NCBI RefSeq assembly: GCF_032191835.1
Contig: NC_083235.1
Span: forward strand, 17,856,001-17,920,000
Direction of reading: 5' to 3'
DNA length: 64,000 nucleotides
Origin: Heteronotia binoei
Taxonomy: Eukaryota
Part shown: in pieces, positions 12,066 through 24,069 of the stretch
Numbering within the stretch: the first letter of the stretch is position 1
Layout of the letters: each line of letters starts with the position of its first letter
The notes under the pieces: model-generated
What the model was told of the DNA's origin: nothing
The model's input: the letters and a program-made list of their open reading frames with translations, nothing else
The model's database searches: none
Program-made: the position numbers and the translations under genes

Positions 12066-12630
12066 ATTAGGGTTTGTAGAATCTTTTGGGATCAAGTGCC
12101 GTGTTCTACTGGAGAAAGTTTTCCTTCCAGACGTTTCATTCTCAGCTGCGGAGAACATCCTCAGTGGTGTTGCAGCCGGAGCAGGCGCTCAGACCTTCTT
12201 GGCTGCTGTGCATTGAGTGGGGCCAGGGCTGCTGGAGAGCTGCTATTTGTAGGCTGGAGGGGGGTGTGATGAAAGGGCAATTGGTTTGTGGATGTGCCCA
12301 TTGTTTGGTGGGGCTTCCTGGAAGGGTAGTGATAAGGAAACTGGCTGTTGAATGTGACCATTGTTCTGTGTTAATTGCTGGGAAGGTTGGAAGGGGTTTG
12401 AAGATAAGGAAGATGGTTGTTGACTGTGCTGATTGTTCTGTGGAATTTGCTGGGTGTTCTGAGACTTTCTGCAATTTATAGTCTGTAGGGTGTTTTTCAG
12501 AGCTGGGTACCAAGATTGGTGGATGAAACGTCTGGAAGGAAAACTTTCTCCAGTAGAACACGGCACTTGATCCCGAAAGATTCTACAAACCCTAATGATG
12601 TTACCAGCCGTGAAAACCTGAAATCTTTGC
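12066..12630. mobile_element. Penelope-like element (PLE) fragment with inverted terminal segment
   Basis: 74-bp inverted repeat (12066-12139 vs 12523-12596, 1 mismatch), a PLE-type hammerhead motif, and a 3' end accagccgtgaaaacc. Confidence 0.8.
12127..12167 (-). ncRNA. Minimal type I hammerhead ribozyme motif (PLE-type)
   Basis: Minus strand reads CCA-CUGAGGA-U-GUUCUC(CGCAGCU)GAGAAU-GAAA-CGUC-UGG: catalytic core, helix II, palindromic ACGU helix III, GUC cleavage site and 3-bp helix I. Confidence 0.7.
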
Positions 12631-12899
12631 TTTCAGAGAATCTTCCTGCTGAAATGAAGGGGATCCGATCCAAGTCTTGTATGCTTAACTGAGTTGTGTA
12701 CTGAGTGGCAGCTGTTCCCTTCTATATTCCCAAATAAATTTTTTGTAGTTGTCCTTTCCTGAAATTGAGATTAATTGAATCTGGATAGAAGCAGGGACAC
12801 AAAATACTATTCTTGAGGATATTCTTCAGGCAGATATAATTGGTTCTTTAGCTGGTAAGGAATGTAATATTTTGAGTCTCAGTTCTCTGTTTTGCTCCA

Positions 12900-13097
12900 A
12901 AGTGCCAACAAGTCACAGCTGATTTATGGTGACCCTGTAGAACTTTCAAGCAAGAGATGATTTGCCATTGCCTTCCTCTTCATGGTGACCCTGGATTTCC
13001 TCAGTGGTCTCCCCATCCAAGTACTAATCAGGACTGACCCCGCTTAGCTTCCAAAATCTGATGAAATCACACAAGCTTGGGCCATCCATGCCAGGGC
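12900..13097 (-). mobile_element. 5S rRNA-derived SINE
   Basis: Reverse complement contains gaagctaagc...ttagtacttggatggggagacc, matching 5S boxes A and C. Confidence 0.85.
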
Positions 13098-13519
13098 ACT
13101 GTTTTGACTACACATCTTTTTAAAAAAGGTATTTGCAGTAAATAGAGAAAAGGACAATCAAGGACGCGCCTTATCTTCTGACCTTCCAGCAAATAGTTCT
13201 CTTCAGAGAAACATCTGATGCTTGATCGAGATGGTTCTAATAACATTTTAGGGTTCTTTCTAGGGAAAATAAAGGAATACTGTCTCATAAATAATCATGC
13301 AGGGATCTGAAATCATCTGGATTTTTTTTAAAAAAACCCCCCACAACTTTTAATGATGGCACTGGACTAAGAATCAAAGCAAACATTTAAAACGAAATAC
13401 ACAAACAGCATATCTGACTTATTTTGGCTACTTTAACAATATCAGAATATCATAGGAACTAACGACTCTGGCAATTGTATTAATATTCTCCATGAGACGC
13501 AAACAATTCAAATGGCTGT

Positions 13520-13690
13520 TATTGATTTTCCAGGCTTTATGGCCGTGGTCTTGGCACTGTGAGACCTGACATTTAGTCAGCAGCTGTGACTGGCATCCTC
13601 AGGTGTGACCCAGAAAACTGGAGTTCTCTCTGGGTCAAATGGCAATAGACAATGGAAATTCAAATGGCAATAGACAATGGAAGGCTAAAT
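13520..13690 (-). mobile_element. Penelope-like remnant with mutated hammerhead
   Basis: Minus strand CUGAGGA-U-GCCAG(..)CUGAC-UAAAUGUC-AGG at 13565-13604; GAAA is changed to UAAA. Confidence 0.6.
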
Positions 13691-14273
13691 CAAATGAAAC
13701 AAGTCTTTTGCCAGATGCATAAATACCTTAACCAGCATGATGATTTCTGTTTGAATGCCTATAAAAGGATATTGCTTCAAGCCCAATATCTTCAGAAAGT
13801 CTCCTGGCCACAAATGCTATATATTTATCCTTAAATATCAGAGATATGGGAATACTGGGAATACTAAAGTTGCAGTCCTGAGTACATTCACTTAAGAGGA
13901 AGCCCTGCTGAACACTGTGAAACGTAAACATTGCTTTCTTTTGTTAAAAAAAAATATCCAAAAAAGTCCCTGTATTCATTTGTATATAAGGTGATTTCCA
14001 TCAACCCACTCTCCATCTATGGATCATTGATGACCTCTTCTTGAAGGTTCACTCTTTCTTTCTCTGGACTTACTGGGGCAGGCCAGTTCACAAGGATAAG
14101 GGCTTGGAAGAGTCCCCTCCCCCCCAAAAAAAGAGCCCTGGTACTCAATACCAGTAAATACCATTTTAAAAAAGCCCTGAACTTATCGCTGAGTAAACAT
14201 TCATAGAATCAGGCTTCATGCAACTTAACTGAAAGCCAACATTTTGTCCATCATAGAATATAACAAAAACATG

Positions 14274-14390
14274 TAATTATAACTTCAAAAGCATTTATCT
14301 TTATATCCCTGAGCTAGTTCAAATGTCACCAGTATGGGCAGGATTATACAAACTCCTGAGAGTAGGTCCTAAATATGCAATAAAAATCAC
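14274..14390 (-). promoter_or_regulatory. Putative OR promoter module (homeodomain + O/E site)
   Basis: TAATTA (14274-79)-TAACTTCAAAAG, O/E-like CTCCTGAGA (14353) and AATATGCAAT, all conserved with 26163-26290 and 31885-32005. Confidence 0.6.
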
Positions 14391-14605
14391 TGCCCGCGTG
14401 GAAGTCTTGATTATTTCTGGCATTTTTTGGATTCTCAGTCAAAAATGGCCATCCAGGCTGCATACAACAAAGCAGGAAACCATATCAATCTACCCCTCCA
14501 ACCAGTATTAAAATATTTAGGAGCAAGAGGGAAAACAAACCCTCCTGCAGCTTCACAAAGAATGAAGTCAGTAGGCTAGACCTATATTCACTTGCAATTC
14601 ACTTG

Positions 14606-14743
14606 CAGGGGTGGCCAACGGTAGCTCTCCAGATGTTTTTTGCCTACAACTCCCATCAGCCCCAGCCAGCATGGCCAATGGCTGGGGTTGATGGGGGTTG
14701 TAGGCAAAAAAAAAATCTGGAGAGCTACCACTGGCCACCCCTG
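14606..14743. mobile_element. Palindromic MITE (CAGGGGTGGCCA termini)
   Basis: Near whole-length inverted repeat; TSD not clear. Confidence 0.75.
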
Positions 14744-14844
14744 TGCTATTGCCTTCCAGTGTAGCAGTAGCTCTGACTTCACTAAGCTTTTCTTGCTGAT
14801 AGATCCAGGTGGGCAGCTGTGTTGGTCTAAAGCAGCAGAACAAA

Positions 14845-15080
14845 GCAGGAGTCAAGGTGCAACTTTAAGACCCACAAAATTTTATTCAGAATGCAAGCTT
14901 TCATGTGCTAAAAGCACACTTCATCGGACAATAGGATGGAATGGCAAACAGTCCTAAATATAGAGAAAGTGGGCAGTGAACTAGTGTGCAAAATCATGGA
15001 GATTTTTAAAAAGAAGATTAAAAAAATCGCAATTTGGGGTCTGGTGACTGTTAGTGACTGCCTTTCTTGCTGAGTTTGCA
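14845..15080 (-). mobile_element. Penelope-like remnant with degenerate hammerhead
   Basis: Minus strand CCGAUGA-A-GUGUGC(UUUUA)GCACAU-GAAA at 14895-14927. Confidence 0.45.
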
Positions 15081-16659
15081 TACTAGCCAAAAGTTCAAGC
15101 ACATTTCAACTGTCTATGAATTCAATTTGGTCCAACTTGTGTTCATCTTGGACAGTTAGTTGAAACAGTTACAGAAAAAGGTAGATTAATTGCTTTTTAA
15201 TAGAGACTGAAAGTTGAGACTGCCCTTCTTATCTTGCTTTATCAGATATGTCTCAGATGACTTACTTGTTGCTCATCTCATCATTAGTTATGAACCAATT
15301 GTCTAGATCATATCACATAATTACTTGGTGGGTAACCTGGGCTTTTGATAATCTTTGTAAGCAATGACACAAACAGCTGAAACCCATTTCACTTTTAAAA
15401 CTATTACTTGCTGTACTACAATTAAGAAATGCTAGATACTCTGATAATTTTAGCGTTTATCATCACAGAAATTGAAGGGTAAACATTTTCACACCTGTAC
15501 TCTTTTCTGTCTTGTTCATTAAAGAAAACTTCTTATCTCAATAAAAGTTTGTACAGGTATCTGTCTGGTTTGCTGGTTACATTCAGAAAGCTGTACTCAC
15601 CCTCCCTTTTTTCTTTTGTAATTTCAGGATTAAGAGTTGTTCTCTTTCCTTTGATAAATGAATCCAAAAGAACCCTGAAGCTAGATGGTTTTTGCAAAAG
15701 GCACAGCCTTTAAAAGTGTTCATGTTCTCTAAAACTGGGTGCAGGAGGGAATCGCTCACTACATTAGTACTAGAGAACCAGGTGGGAACAGCATCGCTAT
15801 AAAGCAATGTCTTCCTGTCCCAAATGATTCAAGTCAGCACCGGCATTTAGATTTTCTTTATTGCACAAGAGATTTGTTGAAAAATCAATTTCAGGAGGGT
15901 AGGCGTGTTGGTCTTCAATAGAAAAGCTAGATTCAAGATCCGTAACATCTTTGAGACCAACAATATTTTCAGAGTATGAGCTTTCCAGTTAAAGCTCCCA
16001 TAGTTAGATATCATATCTGTTAAAGGGAGCTTTGAGTCTCAATAGCTTATACCTCAAAAATATTACCAGTCATTGAGGTGCTACCAAAATGTTTATTTAT
16101 TTTTTTATTAGGATTCCAACAGTGCAAACCTTACCAGAGTTACACCTTTCTAAATCTAATTACTTCTGGGGAAGCAGAAAGGTAAAAATTGCACGGTAAA
16201 CAACCAGCAATTAAAAGGCAATAGGTCATCTTTACTGCCCAAGAAATTTCAGAACTAGCAGTTTATTAGGACTTTCAATAGCTAAAAGGCAACATGGCTG
16301 TGTGCAGAGAACTATCCATGGTCCTGAAGTGAAAGAGGAAGATCCTGTTAGCGGGGCAGATACTGATTACTGAAGTGAAGGGGTAGATCCTGAAACAAAA
16401 GGGGTGGAGCCTGCTAACAGAAGATCCTGTTAGCATGGAGTTCCAAAGGTCAGCTGAACTCCACAAATTTTAGAGTGGGTTACATCTGTGTAGAATTACA
16501 GAAGAGAGGTAGCCCATGGTACGTTCTGTTGAAATCTTTGTACAAATTGTGTAATTTAATTTCTTTAAACAATTTCCTAAAGTTTGATCAGATAAACAGG
16601 AACTTCATCAAGGGCATTGCAAGGACACTATAAGACACTTATTTTTCTTTTCTTTTTTT

Positions 16660-17230
16660 AAAAAAACCCTTTATTATAAATATATATTACATGTTATAGA
16701 CCTTGTAGAAGCAATCAAGGAAAACCAAGTATTAGGAAAAAAAACCAAGCAAACAGAAATAAAGTGTACAGACCAATTGTAGGCCATTTTTAAAAATTAT
16801 ATCTTGTTTTCATAAAGGGATATTTTCTTACATGTTGCAATTTCCATTCAACATGATCCATATTTTCCATTTTAAAATGAGGAAACACAGTTCTAACTAC
16901 CAATCTGGAACAGGAGGCCTTCAGTCATAATCACTCAAAAGGAAGATGCCCCTGGATGTAAGATGAACCCTACAAAAATATTTTATGCACACACACAAAC
17001 TATGAGACATCATTAATTACTATATGGCATTGGGTGTGAAATATCCCCTTTTTTCTTTCACCTGACACTCAGTTGAAGTGATAATTCTTACCCTTTAGAA
17101 GTATATCTTCTTGTCATCAGGCAGTTTTTAAAAGTTCCCCTTTACAAACTCAAAGAAATTCCACTAGGTAGAGTCCCCAACTTTGTCTCTGGATGGCCCC
17201 TGTCATCCAGACACTTAACTCATTAAATAC
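16660..17230 (-). mobile_element. L1/Tx1-like LINE 3' fragment, degraded
   Basis: AT-rich 3' tail and a RPPVPDW-like remnant of the ORF2 C-terminus. Confidence 0.4.
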
Positions 17231-17290
17231 AGGCAGAGCTGGTGTCATGGATAGGCTTAGGTGGACAATTGCTGACCAATGAGAGCTGCT

Positions 17291-18950
17291 GATTTATTTA
17301 TTTATTTATTCTATGACTTATATCCCACCCTTCCCATAAAATGGCTCAGGGCGGCTCACAACAAACGATAAAACAATAAACAAAGTGCAAAATTGTTACA
17401 ATTAAAAAGTCAAAACATTTAAAAACCTTAAAATCTTAACATTAAACTATACCGTATATTTCACTAAAGTCTGATAAGCTACATTAATCTAGTCAGGCGT
17501 AGGCTAGCCAGAAGAGGCTTGTCTTACAGGCCCTGTGGAACTGAGTAAGATCCCGCAGGGCCCTCACCTCTTCCGGCAGCTGGTTCCACCATGTGGGGGC
17601 CATTGTAGAGAAGGCCCTGTCTCTGGTTGTCTTGAGACGGACTTCTTTGGGCCCGGGGATGGTGAGAAGGTTTTGCGTCCCAGACCTCAGTACTCTCTGG
17701 GGAACGTGTGGGGAGAGACGGTCCTTCAGGTAGGCAGGTCCCAGGCCATATAGGGCTTTAAAGGTAATGACCAGCACCTTGTATCGGACCCGGTATATTA
17801 TTGGAAGCCAGTGCAGAGCCCGAAGACCCGGCCGAATGTGCCCCCACTTTGGGAGGCCCAATAACAGCCGGGCTGCGGCATTCTGCACCAGCTGCAATTT
17901 CCGTGTCCGGCACAGGGGCAGCCCCATGTAGAGGGCATTGTAGTAATCCAACCTCGAGGTGACCGTAGCATGGATCACTGTTGCTAGGTCGTCGCGGTCC
18001 AGGAAGGGGGCCAACTGCCTTGCCCGCCTAAGATGAAAAAACGCGGACTTGGCAGTGGCTGCTATCTGAGCCTCCATCTTTAGGGACGGCTCCAGTAGCA
18101 CCCCCAGGCTTTTGACCCTGTCCGCCGCCATCAGCGGCGCACCGTCAAAAGCTGGTAGGGGGATTTCCCCCCCTGGACCATGACGGCCGAAACAAAGGAC
18201 CTCTGTCTTCGCAGGATTCAGTCTTAGTCCACTCAGTCTGAGCCACTCAGCCACGGCCTGTAGTGCCCGGTCCAGGTTTTCTGGGGCGCAGACCGGTCGG
18301 CCGTCCATAAGTAGATAGAGCTGGGTGTCATCCGCATACTGGTGACACCCCAGCCCATACCTTCGGGCAATCTGGGCAAGAGGTCGCATATAGATGTTAA
18401 ATAACATCGGGGAGAGAACCGCTCCCTGAGGCACTCCACAATTAAGTGTGTGCCTCCGGGATAGCTCCCCCCCAATTGCGACCCTTTGTCCCCGACCTTC
18501 AAGGAAAGTGGAAAGCCACTGCAAGGCCAAGCCCTGAATCCCCACGTCGGCGAGGCGGCAAGTCAGTAACCGATGGTCGACCGTATCGAACGCCGCCGAT
18601 AGGTCCAACAGCATCAGCACTGCTGAGCCACCCCGATCCAGATGCTGTTGAAGGTCATCTACCAGGGCAACCAACACCGTCTCCGTCCCGTGACCTGGGC
18701 GAAAGCCGGACTGGAGTGGGTCAAGGACGGAAGCGTCCTCCAGGAAAGTCTGTAGCTGCCTCGCCACTGCCCTCTCGATAAGTTTGCCCAGGAAGGGCAA
18801 ATTTGAGACCGGCCTATAGTGTGCCAATTGGGCCGGGTCTAAAGATGGTTTTTTTAAGAGGGGACGGACCACAGCCTCTTTGAGCGGCGCTGGAAAGAGC
18901 CCTTCTGTCAGGGATCTGTTTATGATATCCCGTATGATGGTCCTTATCAT
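17291..18950 (-). mobile_element. L2-clade LINE, 5'-truncated, with open RT ORF (17493-18950)
   Basis: YRPVSNLPFL, QSGFRPGHGTET, LDLSAAFDTVDH, GVPQGAVLSP, YADDTQLY; 3'UTR agccgccctgagcc and a (TAAA)n tail. Confidence 0.95.
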
Positions 18951-19699
18951 TCCGCCTTAATCTAGCTCACTGTGTGATCTTGACCAAGTCACTAGCTTTT
19001 TCTAATCTACTTCTCAGGGTTCTTTTGAGATATTTATTTACTTCATTTGTACCCTGTCTTTGTTCCCAACAGGGTCTCAAAGTCGGAAAGGGGCCCTGGT
19101 AAGGCAGAGCCTACAAAAACCTGGAGCCAGCCTTGAATGCAGGGATAAATCAGGTGCCAGTTTGTAACCCAAGTGAAGTGGAAGCAAATTTAACTCAAAG
19201 TAAAATGGTGCTGAGTCAACATGACCTGGTTAAAAATGGCAGCCTGTAAAGGCTAGGGTTTGTGACCAGGACTAGGCCTTAAGGTGCTGAAAAACACATG
19301 ACTCCACCACCCAATCAGGTCACTTGATCTTAGCATCAACTAAAGAAAAATATGCCTAGAGGCAGATAGAATAGGAGGCTACTCAGCTAGAATCATTGAC
19401 AGATCTGATCCTGGGGGGTATAACCATAAAACATATTTGTTTGAAGTGACATATTGCAAGCCAAGTGGAAAGCTTGAAAAATAATTAAATGAAACATTAT
19501 CATGTTATCAAATGATTTTTAAATAAATAAATAAATAAAGCACGTTTATATATTACATTCACTGCAAGTTGTTTGATCTCTGACGAGGATCATAGGTTTC
19601 CTCAAAGTACAACTTTTTGGTCTGTTTTGGGCTGTTCTGTGGTTGTTTGGTTTTTATCTGGTGTTTATGTAATTAATGTAGTTAAGTGCCTTGAGTGAA

Positions 19700-20250
19700 T
19701 GAATGAATGAATGAATAAATGATTACAGTCACTAGACCAGTCATAAACATATAGTTATAATTTTAAAAAATCGTATACAAAATACAAGATACACAAGATA
19801 GAAAGTTAAAATTTGGAACCTAGCTAAAATTCAGTTTCTGTAACCAAAGTATCAGTACACAAAATCTAAGCAACTCGGTAAGTGATTTTGGGATTCTTAT
19901 CAAATAAAAGGTTTGGTTTATTTGTGCGACCAGTGCCTTGAGTATCCGGAAAACATGGTGACATGTACCCTACCTTAGACCAGAGAAAGTTCTTCAAGCC
20001 TGAGCAGAATTTCTTCCATCATGAGTTGCTTTTCCATTTGGATGGAGTCTCTTTAAACTGGAGGAAAACTTCAAGCTTTGCTCAGTGGAATGGTAGGATA
20101 CATGCTATATACATGATTTTAATAAATAATAAGCAAAATAAGTATCACTCCTGTACAAGCTTAAATGCTATTGGTTCTCTGAAAGCACACTAAAGTTCTG
20201 CAGAGCGGAAATGTTTGCTATATCAGCTTCAGTGAAAGCTCATACAAAAA
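19700..20250 (-). mobile_element. LINE 3' fragment, clade uncertain
   Basis: (TTCA)n tail and a DKNPKITYRVA-like C-terminal remnant resembling 24119-24463. Confidence 0.35.
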
Positions 20251-20253
20251 AAT

Positions 20254-20387
20254 NNNNNNNNNNNNNNNNNNNNNNNNNNNNNNNNNNNNNNNNNNNNNNN
20301 NNNNNNNNNNNNNNNNNNNNNNNNNNNNNNNNNNNNNNNNNNNNNNNNNNNNNNNNNNNNNNNNNNNNNNNNNNNNNNNNNNNNNNN
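20254..20387. other. Assembly gap (N run)
   Basis: Run of N. Confidence 0.99.
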
Positions 20388-20552
20388 GGAATTCTAGCAG
20401 GAGCTCCTTTGCATATCAGGCCACACACCCCCTAATGTAGCCAATCCTTCAAGAGCTTACAAGGCTCATTTTTGTAAGCTCTTGGAGGATTGGCTACATC
20501 AGGAGATGTGTGGCCTAACATGCAAAGGAGCTCCTACCAGAATTCCACCCCG
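20388..20552. mobile_element. Palindromic hAT MITE (gaattctagcaggagctcc subfamily)
   Basis: Inverted arms; left end abuts the gap. Confidence 0.88.
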
Positions 20553-20564
20553 ATGATGATGATG

Positions 20565-20745
20565 TGCTGCCAAGTTGCAGCTGACTTATGGTGATCCCTC
20601 ATGGAGTTTGTAAGGCAAGAAATGAGTAGGGCTGCATAGCAACCCCTGGTTTTTCTTGGTGGTCTCCCCTCCAAGTACTGACCATGTCCAACCATGCTTA
20701 GCTTCCAAGCTCTGGTGAACTTGGGCTAGCCTGGGGTATTCAGGT
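20565..20745 (-). mobile_element. 5S rRNA-derived SINE
   Basis: ggtctcccctccaagtactgacc...gcttagcttcc is reverse 5S-like sequence. Confidence 0.8.
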
Positions 20746-20872
20746 TGCTTCAGTAGTTAAAGGGCTCCATTATTATTAAGTAACAATATTAAACTGTACT
20801 AAACTGTGATTGCATTGAAGAACAGCATTCAGGTACCCGAGAAGAGCACTCAAATCAGTAGGCATACATCTG

Positions 20873-21832
20873 CTAGCCTTTAGGACCCATGTTTCTTCCC
20901 ATTATTCTCCCCAAAGCTTCCTTCACATCCTTGTTTCTCAAGCTGTAGATGATAGGATTGAGCATAGGGGTGACCACTGCATAGACAATGGCAACAAATT
21001 TGTCCTGCTCTGAGGATCTGTTCCGTGGTCTCAAATACATAGCCATAGCTGTGCCATAGAAGATCCCAACCACCGTAAGGTGGGAACCACAAGTAGAGAA
21101 AGCCTTGCTCCAACCATGTGCTGAACGGATCCTAAAGACTGCCAGAGAAATGCGTACGTAGGTCACCAGGATGAAGGCAAATGGTACCAGGAGGGTGAAA
21201 ACACTGCTGCCTGACATGAGGCCCATGTTTGCTGAGATATCTGAGCATGCCAGTTTCACAACAGCCTGCACCTCACATGCAAAATGATCAATGACGTTGT
21301 GGCCACACAGCTGGATCTTCATTGTGAAGGACGGTACAATAGTCAGAAGGAAAGCCAAGGCCCAGGAGGAAGTAGCCAGCCAGCCACACTTCTTTCTGTT
21401 CATGATAAGCGTGTAGTGGAGTGGGCTGCATATAGCCACATAACGGTCGTACGCCATGACGGCCAACAAAATGCATTCAGCCACACCAAGGAAGAGGGAG
21501 ATGCACATCTGGATGAAACACCTGGCATTGGTGATAGTGGGTCTTTTGGTGAGGCTGTGGACCAACATCTGTGGGATTGTGCTGGAAGTATAGCAAATGT
21601 CAAGAAGGGAGAGGTTTCCTAGGAAGAAATACATGGGAGTCTGGAGGTGAGAATCGGCTATGATCAATAGGACAATGAGTCCATTCCCCAAGATGGTGAT
21701 CAAGTAGAGGATAAAAAACACGACAAAGAGCACCACACGTGTATGCGGCTGGCTGGAGAGACCTGTCAGCAAAAAGATCTCTGGCTCAGTCTCATTATTG
21801 CTTGCAGGTCCTGTGGAGTTACTTCTTCCCAT
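20873..21832 (-). CDS. Olfactory receptor, class II, OR13/OR2-like (319 aa, intact), paralog of 9361-10314
   Basis: All canonical OR motifs are present. ATG at 21832; acceptor tttcttgtAG at 21846-21847, the same 13-nt spacing as its paralog. Confidence 0.96.
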   Translation of the reverse strand: MGRSNSTGPASNNETEPEIFLLTGLSSQPHTRVVLFVVFFILYLITILGNGLIVLLIIADSHLQTPMYFFLGNLSLLDICYTSSTIPQMLVHSLTKRPTITNARCFIQMCISLFLGVAECILLAVMAYDRYVAICSPLHYTLIMNRKKCGWLATSSWALAFLLTIVPSFTMKIQLCGHNVIDHFACEVQAVVKLACSDISANMGLMSGSSVFTLLVPFAFILVTYVRISLAVFRIRSAHGWSKAFSTCGSHLTVVGIFYGTAMAMYLRPRNRSSEQDKFVAIVYAVVTPMLNPIIYSLRNKDVKEALGRIMGRNMGPKG

Positions 21833-22030
21833 GGTGTGCAATTATCTACAAGAAAGGCACACCAACAAAAGTTTTATTAGATAACATTTTAAAAATAATG
21901 TTCTCCTAATTATTTATGGTAGGTTGGTAACCTACCTTTTGCTCCACTCCTACTCGTTTTGCTTGCTAAATTCAAATCCAGTATGGTGCAGTGATTAGAG
22001 AGTCAGATCACAATCCAGGAGACCCAGGTT

Positions 22031-22202
22031 CAGGGGTTGAATTCTAGCAGGAGCTCCTTTGCATATTAGGCCACACACCCCTGATGTAGCCAATCCTCCA
22101 AGAGCTTACAAAAAAAGAGCCTTGTAAGCTCTTGGAGGATTGGCTGCATCAGGGGTGTGTGGCCTAATATGCAAAGGAGCTCTTGCTAGAATTCTACCCC
22201 TG
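22031..22202. mobile_element. Palindromic hAT MITE inserted in an older CORE-SINE (about 21975-22320)
   Basis: TSD cccaggtt/ctcaggtt (7/8); removing it restores the SINE B box ggttcaaatcc. Confidence 0.9.
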
Positions 22203-22346
22203 CTCAGGTTCAAATCCTCAAAGGGCTGTGCCCAGGAAGCTTGTTGGGTGACCTTGAGCCAGTCAGATTGTCTCAGTCTAACTCACAGGGTTGTTACGAG
22301 GATAAAATGCAAGCTGCTTTGGGTCCCTATTGGGGATAGAATTGCA

Positions 22347-22575
22347 ATCATAGAATCATTGAGTTGGAAGGTACCTCCAGGATCATCTAGTCCAACCGCC
22401 TGCACAATGCAGGACATTCACAAACACCTCCCTCCCCCACACCTCCAGTAACCCCTGTTCCATGCTCAGAAGATAGCAAAAAACCCTCCAGGATCCCTGG
22501 CCAAATTGGCCTGGAAAAAAATTGCTGTCTAACCCCAAAGTAGTAATCAGCATATCCCTAGGCATGCAACAAAAA
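22347..22575 (-). mobile_element. CR1-type 3' end fragment
   Basis: atagaatcattgagttggaagg...tctagtccaac; a shorter homolog lies at about 10835-10915 upstream of the paralogous OR. Confidence 0.65.
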
Positions 22576-23254
22576 GGTCCAGGAGAACTAAGCACTGTTG
22601 AAACATTTTAGATAAATATTGAACTTTAAGAAAATGAAAACGGGAAAGAAATATAAATTCATGATCAGCACTAAAGAAATGACCGACGTTAAGTGTGGGA
22701 TATGACAGAGTAAAGGCCAGGTTGTAAGTCCAACTTTTCTCATTATTAATATTCCACCCAGTTCCCAAATTATCTCATGCCCAGCTCTATCCCTGATCTT
22801 GCCCAACTGTACAGGTCCATCTTCACCTCTTTCTGTGTTTCCAACGAGGTTTAAATGTACGCTTTGAAATTTGGTATGTCTCATATTATTCATCTGTTTG
22901 GTAGGATTTTGATTTCAGAAGCAATGCTCTATTCCAGTGCAACACGGTGCTTCTACTAACGGCACACTAGATGCTCACAAAGCAGGAAGTGATGGCAACA
23001 ATCTTCCCCCAGGTTTTGCCCACCAGGCAGTGCTATTCAGAGGCAATCTGTTTCTGAACTCGCATGTGCCATTCAGATTTCCTCGTTATTCTCTGTCTAA
23101 TGTGTTTTTATCCTTCTCTCCCTCCTGTGAGCTCTGGGCAACCTACATGATTCTCCTTTCCCCTTTTTATTCACCCAACACAACTCTTTGAGGCAAATTA
23201 GACTGAAAATGAGGACTATGTTCAAGGTCACCAGCAAGCTTCCGTAGCCCAGCG

Positions 23255-23556
23255 GGTAAAAAGGTAAAGGTAGTCCCCTGTGCAAGCACCAGTCGTTTCC
23301 AACTCTGGGGTGACGTTGCTTTCACAAAGTTTTCACGGCAGACTTTTTACAGGGTGGTTTGCCATTGCCTTCCCCTGTCATCCACACTTCCCCCCCAGCA
23401 AGCTGGGTACTCATTTTACCGGCCTCGGAAGGATGGAAGGCTGAGTCAACTTGGAGTCGGCTACCTGAACCCAGCTTCCTCTGGGATCGAACTCAGGTTG
23501 TGAGCAGAGCTTTGGACTGCAGTACTGAAGCTTTACCACTCTGCGCCATGGAGCTC
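23255..23556 (-). mobile_element. Sauria SINE
   Basis: (ACCTTT)n tail (aaaggtaaaggt on +), Sauria SINE body and tRNA-derived head. Confidence 0.92.
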
Positions 23557-23599
23557 TTATTGGAACCTAAGTTTTACAATCTCTCCCCCCATTATTATA

Positions 23600-24050
23600 A
23601 TTATTTTATTAATATAACAACCAATAATAAACAAACAAACAAACAACGCAATACAATGAAAATGTAACATACAGATACCATCGAAAAAATATAAGATTAT
23701 ACGCCCTGAGTGTGTGTGTGTGTGGGTGTGTCTGCCTGTCTTTGTGTCTGTCTGTCTCTCTCTGTCTGTTAATGTAAATTCTGGTGCTTTTATATAGCAA
23801 TTTAGGCCCAATCATATCTAAAAATAAATCAAACTTTTATAATATGGATTCTTTGGAACAATATCCTGTTCAGCCATATATTTCAACAGTAGATACTCTA
23901 CTGCTGTAACTTTATTTTCATATTGATCAGCTAGTGAGTGTGTGAGATTATAAAACAATTTGTACATAATAAAATGTTCCCAAATTTTGTTATGCCACTG
24001 GTCAAGTGTAGGAGGAGATTTCACAATCTTATTCAGATACTTTTCCTTTC
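23600..24050 (-). mobile_element. L1/Tx1-like LINE 3' fragment
   Basis: KSPPTLDQWHNKIWEHFIMYKL matches the same ORF2 C-terminal pattern as 4266-4523. Confidence 0.6.
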
Positions 24051-24069
24051 ATGGTTCACTCATTTGACT

